Shown in pieces: positions 46,365 to 61,700 of a stretch of DNA of 64,000 bases. How positions within the stretch are numbered: position 1 is the first letter of the stretch; every line of letters starts with the position of its first letter. The notes beneath the pieces were generated by a model. That model had not been told where the DNA came from. It ran no database searches and was given only the letters and a program-made list of their open reading frames with translations. A program made the position numbers and the translations under genes. The stretch comes from the human T2T-CHM13v2.0 reference genome, Homo sapiens, in assembly GCF_009914755.1 (NCBI RefSeq), contig NC_060939.1; one strand, 5' to 3'.

Positions 46365-46805
46365 TATGCATAGTGGCTCATGCCTGTAATCCCAACACTT
46401 TGGGAGGCTGAGGTGGGAGGATCGCTTAAGGCCAGGATTTCAAGACTAGCCTGGGCAACATAGCAAGACCCTGTCTCTGCACAGAAATAAAAAATTAGCG
46501 AGGTGCGGTGGCACCCACCTGTAGTCCTAGTTACTCAGGAGGCTGAGGTGGGAGGATCGCTTAAGGCCAGGATTTCAAGACTAGCCCGGGCAACATAACA
46601 AGACCCTGTCTCTGCACAAATAAAAAATTAACTACAGGCACACACCTGTAGTCCTATTACTCAGGAGGCTGAGGTGGGAGAATCACTTGATCTTCAGCCC
46701 AGGAGGTCGAAGTTGCCATGAGCTGTAATTGTACCACTGCATTCCAGCCTGGGCAACAGAGCAAGACTCTGTCTCTAAAGAAAAAAAAAAAAGAAAAGAA
46801 AAATA
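46365..46805 (+). mobile_element. AluJ-like element with internal tandem duplication (three arms)
   Basis: GGAGGCTGAGGTGGGAG at 46403, 46538 and 46664. Confidence 0.88.
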
Positions 46806-47393
46806 GGACTGAGGTTTTAACTACCTTCCATTTTGAAAGACTGAGAGGAGGCGCACAGGCTTCCAGAGAGCCAGATTCAGGGCTATGGGAACCTGCCTAG
46901 GATACTGCGTTCGCTTGCCCCTGGATGACAGTGTCCTGGCACTGGGACAGCCTGGAGCTTTGCAGACCCTGGGCAGCAGGAGGAGCCTGTGCTGGGGGTG
47001 AGGACACTTGACTTTCAATCCTGGCTCTGCTGCTAACCTGTGTCCATGTCCTTCATACCTCTGAGCCTTACTTTCCTTATCCATTAGATAGGGGTGACAA
47101 GTCATCTCCCAAAAAGTATGTGGCATTCTTTACAAACTGGAGGCTTTGTTATAAAGTTGATGGCTCTAGGGGTGAGATCAGTCATGTTGCTTGAGGTCCT
47201 GTCATCGGTGCTCTGGGTGGGTATTAGGATTGAAAGACTTATGCCTTTGCCCCTTCAACCCACTGTGTGCCCTTGAGCTTGCTGCTTCACCACACTGGGC
47301 TTCAGTCCCTACCTGTAGAGACAGTAATAGTTCCTGTTTCAAAGCACTGTTGAGAGGGCTGGATAAAGCAGTGGGTGAGAAGACACTGCAATT

Positions 47394-47695
<302 letters not shown>

Positions 47696-48539
47696 GACAC
47701 TGCAAACCATTAGGTGCTGGGCACATGTGGGGGGCTATTCTTTCCCTCCCTGCAGTCAGGCCCACGCGCTGTTGCTCCTTAGGTGATTTTGTAGATTGAG
47801 CACAGTGACTTGGAACAAGCTCTCTGAAGCCCAGTTTGTTCATCTGTAAAACAGGCACAGGAACCCATGCTTTTTCTTTGCGACAGGGCTGGATAAGGCT
47901 CAGACAGGACACTGTATCAAGTGTTCTGGGCACGGACCCAGCAGGTGTGGGACTTGCCTGGAGGCTTAGGTGTAAAGAGAGTGGCAACTAAGTCCTCTGG
48001 TGACAAGTGCCCTGGACAGCAGTATTTTTAGCTGCCCTTCCTGGGCAAAGCTCCAACTCCTACATTTTAATGGAGAAATAATTCTCACAGTGCGACAAGC
48101 TATAGCTTGCAGGTGTCACATCCATATTAAAGAGGGGACAGAGCGAGGTTCATTTGCCTGGCTCAAGGTGTGACCAGAATTCGCCTCCAGGACCATTTGT
48201 AACCAGGGCTTGAAGACCAGTGGATCTGACTACTCACCACCCAGAAGGAGGAGACTGGGAGGAGGGGTTAAAATGGTGTGGCCAGGGCACCTGGATCATC
48301 CTGCCTCTTCTACTTGTGTGTTTGGAGCATTCTGCTTACACTCGCAGACCCTGGGCAGCAGGAGCCTGGGCTGGGGGTCAGGACACTTGACTTTGAATCC
48401 TGGCTCTGCTATTAGACTGGCCACCTTCTAGACTGTTGTATCAGTCTTACACATTTACAAAAATATCATAAACATCATGCAACCCTTTTTTCTGTTTTTC
48501 TTTACTCTTTTCCCAAGTCACTTCTTCTAGATAGAAGTG

Positions 48540-49040
48540 TCCTTGTCCTCTTTACCTTCTATATCGATGTGTAACATACCTCTAGTATTTACAAGATGCT
48601 AATCCTCAGTGTATGACTCCATGAATTTTTACACAAATCTCTACCCATGTAACCACTACCCAGATCAAGATATAGAACAGTTCCTGGATTCCAGAAAGTT
48701 CCCTAGTGTCCCTACCCAAGCAACAGCCCCGCCCACTTGGCTGCTTTCACCAATTAGTTTTACTTATTCTTGAACTTCATATAAATGGAATCCTGCAGTA
48801 CATGCTATTTTGTATCTAGCTTCTTGCAAAGACCTCCCTCGTTCTTTTTAAATGGCTACATAGTATCTCAAAGTACTGCTGTTCTAGCCTATATTTTGCT
48901 AGTTCCTACAGTTTAGACACAAATAATGCAGGCTTGTGTTCGAGTTTCTACAGTATGGAGCCCTAGAAGTGGGATCTCTGGATACATTTTAAGTGTTACC
49001 AATTGTTTCAGCTGCCTTTTTAGCCAGTCCCTGTGGCAGT
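48540..49040 (-). mobile_element. Old L1 (L1ME-like) fragment
   Basis: CCATGTAACCACTACCCAGATCAAGATATAGAACA..TTGAACTTCATATAAATGGAATC. Confidence 0.72.
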
Positions 49041-49419
49041 AAGAATGCAAGTGAAGAAAACTTAGGGTGGCTGGAAAAACTGATTCTAGACAGGGCAGAG
49101 ATGGTGCTTGGAATTCACATCCAGTTGGTCTCTCAGAGACTTCAGAGTGGAGCCTGATTTGGTAGTGTACAGGGCCTGCAGTCATCCCTTCCACCCGCTC
49201 TGGACCACCTTGCCCTTCAGCATATGTCACTGCCGCTGCCTCAGTTTCCAGGAGCTATCTGCGTCCCCGGGACCCCAGTCCTGGGGGAGTGCGTCTGCCT
49301 CCTAGTGGATTATGTGGGCCGAGCACCGTGTTCTGAGTGTGTGTGTGCCAGGGTTGAGCCCTGCACCCGCAGCACCATAATTGATGGGGGGAGGTTCTCA
49401 GCATCTTTGGGGTTTTTCT

Positions 49420-49561
49420 TTAAAAGAAGGTCTCACTCTGTTGCCCAGGCTGGAGTGCAGTGGTACGGTCATAGCTCACTGCAGCCTCGACCTCCAGAGC
49501 TCGTGATCTGCCTGCCTCAGTCTCCTGAGTAGCTGGGACTGCAGGTGCCTGCCACTACACC

Positions 49562-49658
<97 letters not shown>

Positions 49659-49773
49659 AGAGACGGGATCTTGCTATGTTTCCTGGGCTGGTCTCAAACT
49701 CCTGGGTTCAATCAATCCTCCTGCCTTGGCCTCCCAAAGTGCTGGGATTACAGGCAAGAGCCACTGTGCCTGG
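49420..49773 (-). mobile_element. AluJ-like element with (TA)26(T)37 in the central linker
   Basis: Antisense AluJ arms flank 49568-49656. Confidence 0.9.
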
Positions 49774-50217
49774 TCAGCATCCTGTTGGATGCAGGTGGCT
49801 CAGGTTAGGTTAAATCTCTTGCACTTGTGTCAGAGAGTATTCATAACCTTTGGCACTGCCAGCTCCAGGTAATTATGGTGACACTACTTCATTACTAATG
49901 AGGCAGCTCTTTGTTAGCACAGAGAAACACCTGGGTCTCATAGAGGAGGCATAACCCAGCCCTCAGACAGAGGGACTGTGACCTTTGCCTCCAGCCTTTC
50001 TCCAGCATCTGAGCAGCAAAATATCCCCTGCACCTCAGCTTCCTTAGCTAATATGATTTCTCCACCCCAGCGCTCTCCTCTGGATGTGTTTCATCCGTGT
50101 CCCTTGCAGATTGAGGCTCTGGCATGGATCACGATGCTTCAGCTCATGATAGATCACCTCTCACCTCCTGCATCCAGGGCACTATGTTCCTAGTGATACA
50201 GCTCCAGATCCCATTAG

Positions 50218-50315
50218 TCCAGCGGTTCTCAACCCTGGCTGCCCATTAGAATCACTTTGGGAGTTGTAAATGGTGCCTGGGCTCCATCCCCAGAAGTTCT
50301 GATGCAATTGGTTGA
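50218..50315. mobile_element. MER5-like hAT fragment
   Basis: CAGCGGTTCTCAACCCTGGCTGC.CATTAGAATCAC..CCCCAGA..TTCTGAT..AATTGGT. Confidence 0.7.
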
Positions 50316-53300
50316 GTTTATTGCTAAGTATTTGATGTGCATATGCCAGTGGCTCTAGTCTGGCTTATAAATTAATGTAAAATAGGATTCAGAAGACAGC
50401 CCTGAGCTGAGACCTTTGAGACCCCACCTCTTAGATAAGCTAGCTATTCTCAGTGATCACCATATTGGACTGTGGGTTTTTTGTTTTTAATTAAGGGAAG
50501 CACACAAAATACAGGAGCAAGGAAGGTTGAGGGAAGTGATAATCTTTAGTTCAGAAAGGAGGGGGCCCTGTTCCCTGTGTTGTGGGGCTGGGGAAGAGAG
50601 CAGGCATCCTGAGTTCCTGCATTCAGACCAGACACATAGGCTATGGGAGAATGATGAAGGATGGGGTGCCGCTGGTGATGGCTCAATCCTTTTTAGCTCT
50701 AGGAAATGGGGGGCCCTGCCTACTCCTGATCATCCCCTCCCCCTTCTCCTTTCACGGCCTCCCTTTTGCCTCTGTGTCTCTCCTGTCACCCCCAGGACTC
50801 CAGATGTGCGCAGCCACGTGGCTGTTTCTGACTCCCTCTTCCCTCCAGCACCATGTCCTCCACGGAGGGAAGGAACATCTGTCCTGCTCCCTGTAGCCGT
50901 CAGTCTACGTGCATGTGCCAGGCTCAGGGAAATAATAGCCTTCGTGCTTTTCCTGCTCCCCGCCCCCCCACCTCCCATCTCACACATGCTTCAGAATCAG
51001 GGTATCCTGGGGTCTCTACCACACTGCAGCCCTGTAGTATCCAGAGTGACTGAAGCACAGGAGCTCTCCTCTACCACCCCCACCCTCCTCCTTGCAGCTC
51101 TCTGGCCTCTAGTTCTTCCTCAGTCTCAAAACTCACCTATCTGAAGTCCACCTGCCTACCTACCTACCCACCCTAATTTACAGGCCAGCATGCTCCCTGG
51201 GTGCTGGTCTACACTCTATTCTGTTTCCTTCCTGCTCCTCATGTTGCAATATCCTCTCCTAAAAAGTCCCTGCAGAGTGTGGCACCATTGTTGGAGGTGG
51301 GGAAGAGGGACTGATGTGTCTGCAGAGCCTGCCAGCCACTGACTGACATTTTGCCTTATTTGCTAAGATAATTTAGTGTAATTTGCTAATGAATGAATGC
51401 ACTTCTTGCTCTTATAGCTTTTGTAATTGCATTGAAGTCCATGTGCTTGCTGACAGTTTCAGCAAACGTTCCGGGAACTGAAGCTGGCCAGGTTACAGAG
51501 GGCTCAGCCTCCTTGGGTGACCATGCTGAGGGCCTTGATGACCTGTGAGGCATGGCCAGGATGCTGATTTTCTTGGTGTCTCTATCTGTGCTGCTTTTCT
51601 CAGCGTCCTCCCGTCCACTGCAGCCAGGAGGATCTGGGTCAGCCCAACAGGAGAATGTGCTGGCAGCCAGGGGTTCTGGACCTAGGACATTTTTGGAATG
51701 GGCTTTGCAGTGCTAGAAGAGAGTGCATTCTGTTCTGTCTGCAGGATGGGTGATGAGGGAGTCAGGGGGAAGTATAAGGGAGAAGGGGACAGAGATGACT
51801 GGCGAGTGGCAGAAGTTGCATGTTTCATATTCAGTCGTGTTTATAAGCATTTGCTCCAGCTCCCCCCATCCTTGGATATGCCCTCTCTCTCCTCCGCCTG
51901 TGCAGATCCTAGACACCCCCCTCCTATGTATCCCCCCAGATCTCTGCAACTCCGTGTTTCATAGCTACGATGAAGCACTTGCTCATTCATTGCACTCTGG
52001 GAACTCATCTCCCCAGAGCAGCTCTGGCTGGCCCCCAAGCCCAGAGCCGGGCACAGAGCAGCTCCTGTCCTCTGGTCTGCTGCAAGCAGGAGGTACCCAA
52101 ACCACATTAATTCAGGTCTCTGAATGGAAGTAACTAAGGCTGAAGTTTACTTCTACACTATCCATGAAAAAATGATTTCCCAGCAAATGAACAATGTAAA
52201 TGAGGCTGCCAAATGGTGCTTCACCTATTTAAAGGAATAATCTATTTTAAAAATCTTTTAGAAGCTTTTAGTTACCCAGAAACAATTGATACGGTAATTG
52301 CAAGCCATTTTTTAAATTTACTTATTAGAGAAGACTCCCTAAGCTCTGTTCACCCACTCCCATGCTCTGCTAACCCTTAGGGAGCTGGGTACTAAATGCT
52401 CGCTGTCCTTGTAGGCCCCATCTGTAAAATGGGGTCAAGAGTAGTACCTTCCCCTCCCTAGTTGACCAAAATGGACAGAGAATGCCCAAAGGACAGAGCC
52501 TTCACAGGGCCACCTCACCTGCACTTACACAGTATGAATGGACAGATCTGGGCAGATGGCACTGGACTCAGCCAGGACAAAAGAGAGCTTTGACCTGAGA
52601 CCAATAGGGAGGGGCTGGATGGTCAGACAGGATTTGTGTGGGGAGGATGGGGGTGGAAGCAGAGGCGATTTCTCATTGCTCAGCCCAAGATGGTAGCTGA
52701 AGGAGCCCCAGGCACAAGGAGCAGCAGCCATGGCCCCCTGAGCACCAGCACCGCAGATCCCTGGCCTGCAAATCGATTCTGCTTTCTGTATGATGGGCTT
52801 GTTGGCTTCAGCTTGGGGAGGAAAAACAAGCTCTTTCCCAAGGAGAGGAGCCGTGTCAGAGGTGGCTGTGGTGCCTCCATCCCTGCCGCACACCCCATCC
52901 CCACCCAGCCCTGTGAGAGATGCTGGGTCAGCGGGCAGGACACCATTCTTAGCCTCTCCCCTGGCCCTAGCCAGGCCTCTGCCTGCCTGGTGGTGTGGGG
53001 CGAGGCAGGCCAAGATGCCTGGGTTGAGGGGCTCCTGCGGGCAGTTGTCTGGCCCTGTGCACCTGCTCACCGCGGCTGCTCCTGGTCCAATGTGTGTGGC
53101 CCTGGATGGATGTGTGCATTTGGTGGGGTGAGAGAGTAGGTAAGAGTGAAAACAGGAAAGCAAAGGGCAGCATCCACAAACTTGGAAACATCAGCCTGCT
53201 GTGGAAGGGACCCTCAAGCCCCTTGTCCACAGTATTGCTGAGCTCTAGAAGGGGAGGAATTGGGAGCAGCTGGGAGCAAAGCTCAGAATAGGACCCAGGA

Positions 53301-55122
53301 GGCTCTGCCCCCGGCTCAGCGCCATGTCCACAAGACTCTGTGATACACCTCTGTGGGGTTCAATATGAGGACAAGAGGATGGGCATCTGAGCAGCCACTT
53401 CCTGCATGTGGTGAGGCAGCCCAACACAGTGGGCTTTTCCGTTTTGCAGCCCCCACAGAGCCAGCCCCTCCAAGGGAGCACGTTTCATTGGCAGCAGTGC
53501 TGGCAGTGGCAGCTAAGCCCTTATAGGGCACCACTCCTCCCAACCTCAGCAACCTCCTCTCTCCTCCTGTGGTTTTCCTAATAAACACCTTTAAAATATT
53601 TATGAAGGCAGCTTCAATGAAGTAACACGACATTGATTTAAAATGATTTTCTTCTAATAGGTAGCTTGAGCATGGGCTCCATTTCCCAAGCTCCTAAGGG
53701 CAGGCCCATCAGGGTGAACCCCCAGGATGGGCATTCAAGGCTCTCCATCAATGAGCTGAGCAGTGGGGATCCCTTCCCTCTCTCAGGGCCTCCACTGGGG
53801 GGCCAGGTCTGGTGACAAGTGTGGTGTGACAGTGTCATAGGGCTCAGGAACTGGACTCTGGCAGAAGGGGTCTAGGGGATCAGGCAGGCCAATTAGGGCT
53901 CTGGAAGAACGCCTGACATGGGAAGAAGCTGAAAACTGGAAGTCTCCCTAGAACCATGGATAGCACCTCCAACCTGTGCCCCTGGGGCACTGAGAAGCCC
54001 AGAAGCTGGGAGCTAGGACTCCTCGGTCTCTGTCCCACTTTATTGATAGGAATGGAGAAAGGCTGTACTCCAGAAGGAGGTGATGAGCGCCATGGGTTTC
54101 TAGGGAGGAACCTGGACTGGGATGCTGTGGCCACTGAACAGTTGGTAGCTGAGTTTAGCTGCTCCCCAGCAGCCCTGGCTGGAAAGGACACAATGGCAAT
54201 GCCTTCTGTGCACGTGTGGGGGTGGGTCGGGAGCAAGTCGGGATCTGCAGTTGGCCCTCAGATTTGTCTGTCTGGCCTTTGAAACTCCAAGAAGCCACCA
54301 CCTACCCTCCTTACACAAATCCCTGAGCTGCCCTCTCTTGACAGGATTGTACTTTGTCCAATCTCTTCCCGGCACAGAGGGGGAAACTGAGGTTCCTCCC
54401 CATCTACCAGCCTCTCCCCAGGCTAGAAGGAAAATCCCATCCATATCTATCTGGCACGCAGACAGAAGGCCCTGATGGAGAAATTTTGGGAGGAAGGTTC
54501 TATTCTCAATTCTCACCCCACTCATCCCCAGAAAAGTCTAACAAGAGCTGTTTTCATCACCATTGCCTAAAGCCTGGAGCTGCTCTAATTACGTGTCAGG
54601 CTTGAATTTGACAGGAAGCATTTTAATTATTAATTTGAAGTGTGCTGAGCATGGGGTGGAGGAGGGCCGGCTCTCCAAGCTCAGGCCCAGCCCTGTCTGT
54701 TGGGACCTCATTAATAATACCTCAGACCTCCCAGCCTTTCTTCTCCAGATGGAGCCTCTTCCCTGCCACGGCCCAGGATCTGCACCTCCCACTCTTCTGA
54801 CCTTCTAACCTCTCATTTTGCACCATGCTTTCTTGTTTTCCTTATTTTCCTAAGCCGTTTGGCACAGAGTCTACTGTTCCCATTACATGGGATGGAGCAG
54901 ACTGAGGTGGAGGGAGGGCAGGGAGTCCAGCGGATGTCACAACATGCATTAGCGACGGGCAGGGCAGGGCTTTTTGGGGTTCTTTAGTTGTTGCCTGACA
55001 GCAGAGGTGGCCTTCTGCAGGGCTGTCTCTCACCTGCTGTGTGCCATCTTTATATCCATATCATCTAGGGTGGCATGCAAAGTTTTTTCAATTTGTTGCC
55101 TGCATCTGATCCCATCTGATCC

Positions 55123-55422
<300 letters not shown>

Positions 55423-56232
55423 TGCATCTGATCCTTTTAAAGATCAGTTTCTTTGCTTCATTTACACCCAGGCATGGGTGTGCCCTTTGGGCTCAGGGGC
55501 CAGACCACTTGTTCAGTCCTAGGTGAAAGAGTCAGAGCCTGTCGTGGGCTAAGGACATCATTTTGCCCATTTTCTCTCCTGCCCTCAATTAAGAAAGATT
55601 CATCCCCTGCTCATTGGTTGTTTTCCGAGTTTAAACCCTGGCACTGTCCTGTGTGTTGGGGCCTGTCTCTTCTGTCACACGTCATTGTTTCTGCCTTCTG
55701 GATTCAGGACCACAAAGCTGCAGGCTGGGACGCAGCCCTGGGGCTGAAGATTGTGCTGTGTCACATGGGTCTAGCTGCTGCTGTGGTATGTGACACTGAG
55801 ATTGCATTTCTGTCCCAGGCTTCCTTCCTTCTGTTGCTGGCCAATCCCCTTCCTCTCCAGGGCATCCCTGCCTCTGCCTGCATCCCAGGCTTGGTGCTCA
55901 GGGGCCCGTGCTCAGCCACCCGCCCCTACTTCATTTCTTGATGCAACCTTCCTTAGTGTTAGATTCTGTGCTGTAGTTGGATTGGAAAGTCATGATCCAC
56001 TAGGGGAGATAAGCATTTATGTGAATTTGATCTAGGCAGAACTGTGGGGTCCAGAGGAGGGGTCAAGGAATCCTGGAAGAATTGGGGCAGATTTTCCAGA
56101 CACGGTGATGTGAGAGCTGAGTCTTGCAGGACATTTGGTATGTTATTCATAGTTGGGTACATTGAACAGAAGCAACTGTATTTTAAACAGAAAGGAATTT
56201 AGTACAGGGTATTGGGTGCTTACAAAGACTGA

Positions 56233-57280
<1,048 letters not shown>

Positions 57281-58224
57281 AATATGGGGAATGGGGGAAG
57301 AATCATTGGAACCATTGGGTTCAAGACCATGCTTCAACAACCTGATCCAGGGTACAAAAAGAAACCCATCGCTGCTACCCTTCCACACCCCTGAATCTGA
57401 GGCCTCAGCACTGAAATGCTGCTGCAGTTCCACAGGCTTACTGGCTGAAAGCAGCCACAGATAAGCCTCCAAATCTGCCTTCCAGGTTTTGCCAAAGGGC
57501 CTCTAATTGCTGGAACTTAATTCACACACAACTTCAGCTGCAAGGGAGCCCTGCATGTTTAGCTTCCCAGGCACTGCAGTCTAGCAAGGCCATGAGAAGA
57601 TGGCAGGAAAGGGATGCTGAGTGTTCACCAAACATCTCAGACACAATGGGGAACCATTAATGATGAAAATGAGTAATATGCATTAAAACCTGACCACGGG
57701 CTCACCAGGAAAATCTCCCACCAGCCCATGCATGAATATTGAGTATGCCTCTGTGTAAAGATGAAGCTAAGCTATTTGCCCAAAAATCCCACAGCAAGGA
57801 AGTGACGGAGGCAGGTTTGAATCCAGCTTTCGTCTACTTTAGCGCTTGAGCTTCTAACTGCTACACAGTACTGAAGAGGGGCAGGGTCAGTGCCACGAGG
57901 GGAAATGGCCTTGAAGAACACAGATGCATGAAGTAACCAGGCACTTCAGGGAACTGCAAGCAGCTCCTATGCCTTGAACAAAAGCTGCATGGAGAGGAGA
58001 AGCAAGGTGAGTAGAGAGCAGCAGAGGCCAGGCCACGAGGGTCTCCGGCGCTCTGCCAAATGGCTGCACTGCATTCCTAAAGACCACCAGGCACCATGGA
58101 AATCTTTTTTGCAGGCTTTTCCCATAAAAGGTCTTAAGACAGGAGAGCAACAATTTGTTTCACATTTTATATGTGAAGAAAGGTTTATACTAGATCAGAG
58201 AACTGAGTCATATAGGAAAGACAA

Positions 58225-58760
58225 AACCCTGACCCTGGTCACACACTAAACCCTGACCCTGTGATGGGCTCAGGGTCATAGACTGAGCCCCAACCCTGGA
58301 GACACACTTAGCTCCAACCCTGGTCATAGACTGAGCTCCAATTCTGGTCACACACTGAACCCTGATTCTAATCATACACTGAGCCCTTACCCCAGTCACG
58401 CACTGAGCCTTGATCCTGGTCACACACTGAACCCTGACGCTGTGATGGGCTCAGGGTCACAGACTGAGCCCCAACCATGGGAACACACTGAGCTGACTGT
58501 GGTCACACACTAAGCTCAATCTCTGGTCATAGACTGAGCTACAATTCTGGTCACAGAGCCCTGATCTGGTCACACACTGAACCCTGACCCCAGTGGTGCA
58601 CTGAGTCCTGATCCTGATCACACACTGAACCCTAATCCTGGTCATATACTGAGCCCTGATCCTGGTCACAGATAGAACCCTGATTCTAGTTATAGACTCA
58701 GCCCCTTCCTTGATCTGAACTGAGTCCTATTTTTGGTCTCTCCCTGGGCCCTATCTCTGG
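58225..58760 (+). repeat. Degenerate ~24-bp tandem repeat with ~181-bp higher-order unit
   Basis: Consensus CCCTGA(C/T)CCTGGTCACACACTGA(A/G), roughly 20 copies. Confidence 0.9.
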
Positions 58761-61700
58761 TTGTAGACCGGCCTGTCTTACAGTTGAGCTCTTATTCCCA
58801 TCCAACCACTAGGAAGGCCACTTATCACTGGGGCAGTCAGGCAAAAGTGTGATTCATTCAGTGCAGCCCTTCTCTATTGCTGTGTCCACAGCCCAGGATG
58901 CACATCTTTAAAAAGCAGAGAAGTCTGTTTGTGTGACGTGAAAGATGACTAGACATGCTTACTTAGTGCTTGATGAGTCAAGGAGTAGGAGAAGGTGGAA
59001 GAGGAGAAGGAGATGAGTTCCTAGAACATTAAGCTCCCTTTTCTATAATGAAGGGGGCTCTCACTACAAGCCTAGAGCTCCCTGCCAACCAGATAGGAAT
59101 GCAGAGGGCATAGCGACAACCTGGGACTAGCTGTGCTCTGGCCTGGGGCCTGCTGGGCTTCCGGGAGAGAAATCAGACCTCAGCCTCTCCCACGGCCAGA
59201 GGCCAGTAGGATCTTACTTAGTGAGATCCTGCATGTCACACGGGGTAGCAGGCAGAGTGGGCCCTTGTGGCTGGGCCCTGAGGAAACAACCCATTTGTCT
59301 GCCGGCAGGTGGGTCCAAGGTACTCACAGTATACTTGAGTCACCCCAAAGTGGTTGTAGATGGGGTAAATCTCTTCCTTGTGCTGGAACCCCTGCATTGC
59401 CCTCCACACCCCACCCCTCCTTTCCCCTTACAGCTCTAGAGGTCACTTGGGCCATTCCTCTCCACACCGCCAAGCAAATTTCCACTAATTAAAACTGGAA
59501 TTTAACCACTCTAGCAGCCTTCTGTCCTGTCCATACAGTCTCCAGGGCTCAACAATGGGGTCTACCCACTACCAGATGTGGTCGTCTCCAGCGTGGAGGA
59601 GAGAAACCATTCTTAATGGGCAGCTTGTTAACATCCCCAGGACATGACTGGTTCGGATAGACCCACTTCCAGCAAAGTGCAGCTGCCTGTGAGGCTCTGC
59701 TCCAGCCCCACCCTCCTGTCCTGCCTCTGCGATGACATATGGGGCAAGTACTATCCCTCTCTGGACCTTGCGAACTGACCCTGGGAGCAGCCACAAGAAT
59801 GCCGCCCTGAACCCTTGTTCCTGAGCTCAGGACATTTCCTATGCCCAATATGACAGGGAGGCAGAGAGCCCTTGAGAGAGAAGGAAACAAGACGGTGGTG
59901 GTGCATATTCTGGCAGGCCCTGGGGAAGGGGCTTCACACATATTTTTTCATTGAGCCTTCACAGCAGGGCCATTGGTGGGTTTTATATCCTTAAGAAAAT
60001 GAAGCTCCAAGAGGTGAAATAGCTGGTGCAAGGTCACAAAGGTAGGAGGAGATGGACCCCCAGTCTGGAACCAGGGCTTTCTGGCTCTGAAGCCAGAGTT
60101 AGGATTAGGGACCTCACTTGTAGGCCAGCCTTCTCCTGGCTGGCCCTGCCCACCATTTGGTCCAGAATACAAAGCAGCTTCTGAATCTGGCCACGGTTGG
60201 GGCAGGGGTTGGTCAGCTATCTTGAGCCTCAAGACTCTGGGATGGTGTCTGCCAGCCTTGGCCTGCCATGGATCCTGCCCTCTGCATCTGAAGTTTTGGG
60301 ATGAGGTCTCTGCCAGGGACAGAAGGTGGTGAGGTGGGGATTATGGATCCTCTTGGGACAAGCCTGGGGCCAGGAAGGGACCCTTTCACTAGCCACACTC
60401 TGTCCCCTGCTCTGTTCCATGTGGAAATCTCTCTGGGCCCCAGTGTGTGCGGTGAGGGTACCGTGGGCAGCTAGAGCTCAAAAGCATGAGGTCTGAGGCT
60501 CTCAACCTGGTCCAGAAGCCCTGGCAGCCTCAGCTTGGTGTCAGGGCCATACGTCCTTGTGGCCCTGTGCAGGTGTCATAATCACCATACTGCCTACCTC
60601 CAGGGCACACTGCTGTGGTGTCTCCAGCGGAGCTGTGCTGAGGGGGGCCATTTACATAGGTGACAGTGTGAGTGGTGTCCCTGGAGTTGTGCAGTGGCTC
60701 TGACAGGTGCCCTCAACACTCCCTAGGGAAAGAAGTTCTGATAGTGATGGGGCAGGGGCACAGGGCCAAAGGGAAGAGAGCTTGTCTGAGGGGTACATTG
60801 CAGGGCTTCTGGGACAGCCTCCCAAGGCCAGCAGTAATGGGGAAACGAGGGAATCTGATACTGATGCATTTAGCTAAACCTTGCTTTTAGGGCACACCAC
60901 TGGGCCTTCAGAATATGCAAGCCTATGGGGCAAAGATACAAGAAAAATTCACTTACTGACATCTTGCTATGTCCCATTCAGTACTTGAAAAATGGCAATT
61001 ACTCAGTGAATGAGTTATCCATGTGGCTGGCACTACAGTGGATTGATGAAATAGCAACAAGGGCTATTTGATTTGAAGATTCCCTTATTAAAAAGCATGA
61101 AATCATCCCTCAGCCCTGCAGTGATGCTCTAAATTTAAAAGCAAACAAAGCAACAAGAAACCAAAACCAGAAAAAAAAAAAAAAACCACCAAAACAAAAC
61201 TGGGTGAGTGCTTCGCAAAGTCCAGCAGAGGCCTGCTGCCTCAAAGCACCAGAGGGTCAAAGTGGCCTGTCCTGCCTTCACTGCCCCACGACCCAGAATG
61301 AAACTTCCTCCCTTTCAGGAAGCCTTTGGGAGTCTTGACCCTCCAACTCTGAATCTGGAGAGGGAGTTAGGTCCCATGGACAAGGGTGGGCCAAGCAAAG
61401 GCAAGACGTGTGTTTATTCAATGTACATTCACTGAGAACCTTATGGAAGCATTGTTTCTGCCCTCGGGCTTGCAGTCAACTGGAGGAGACAGCTGTATGG
61501 GGGAAGATAAACCTCAGTGCAGTGATGAGGGTGGGTCAGAGGCACACTTAAGACGCAGCAAGGCAGAAAGGAAAAGACACGGCGAAACAAGAGTTTGGGG
61601 TAGGCTGAATTGGCAGGAATCAGCCTCATATGCCTGCAGGTGCCAGTGCGAATAAATGAGTCCCTGGGCCAGTGTGGGGACACTGGTGAGTGCCTGTCCC

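Noticed and set aside
50527-53163. 205-aa (50527-51144) and 212-aa (52525-53163) ORFs
   Set aside because: Non-ATG starts, no recognisable homology, no promoter or splice evidence.
58225-58760. Repeat-spacer look suggesting a CRISPR-like array (also considered for 44395-44775 and 40573-40784)
   Set aside because: Units are degenerate and contiguous with no unique spacers or cas genes; the context is mammalian.
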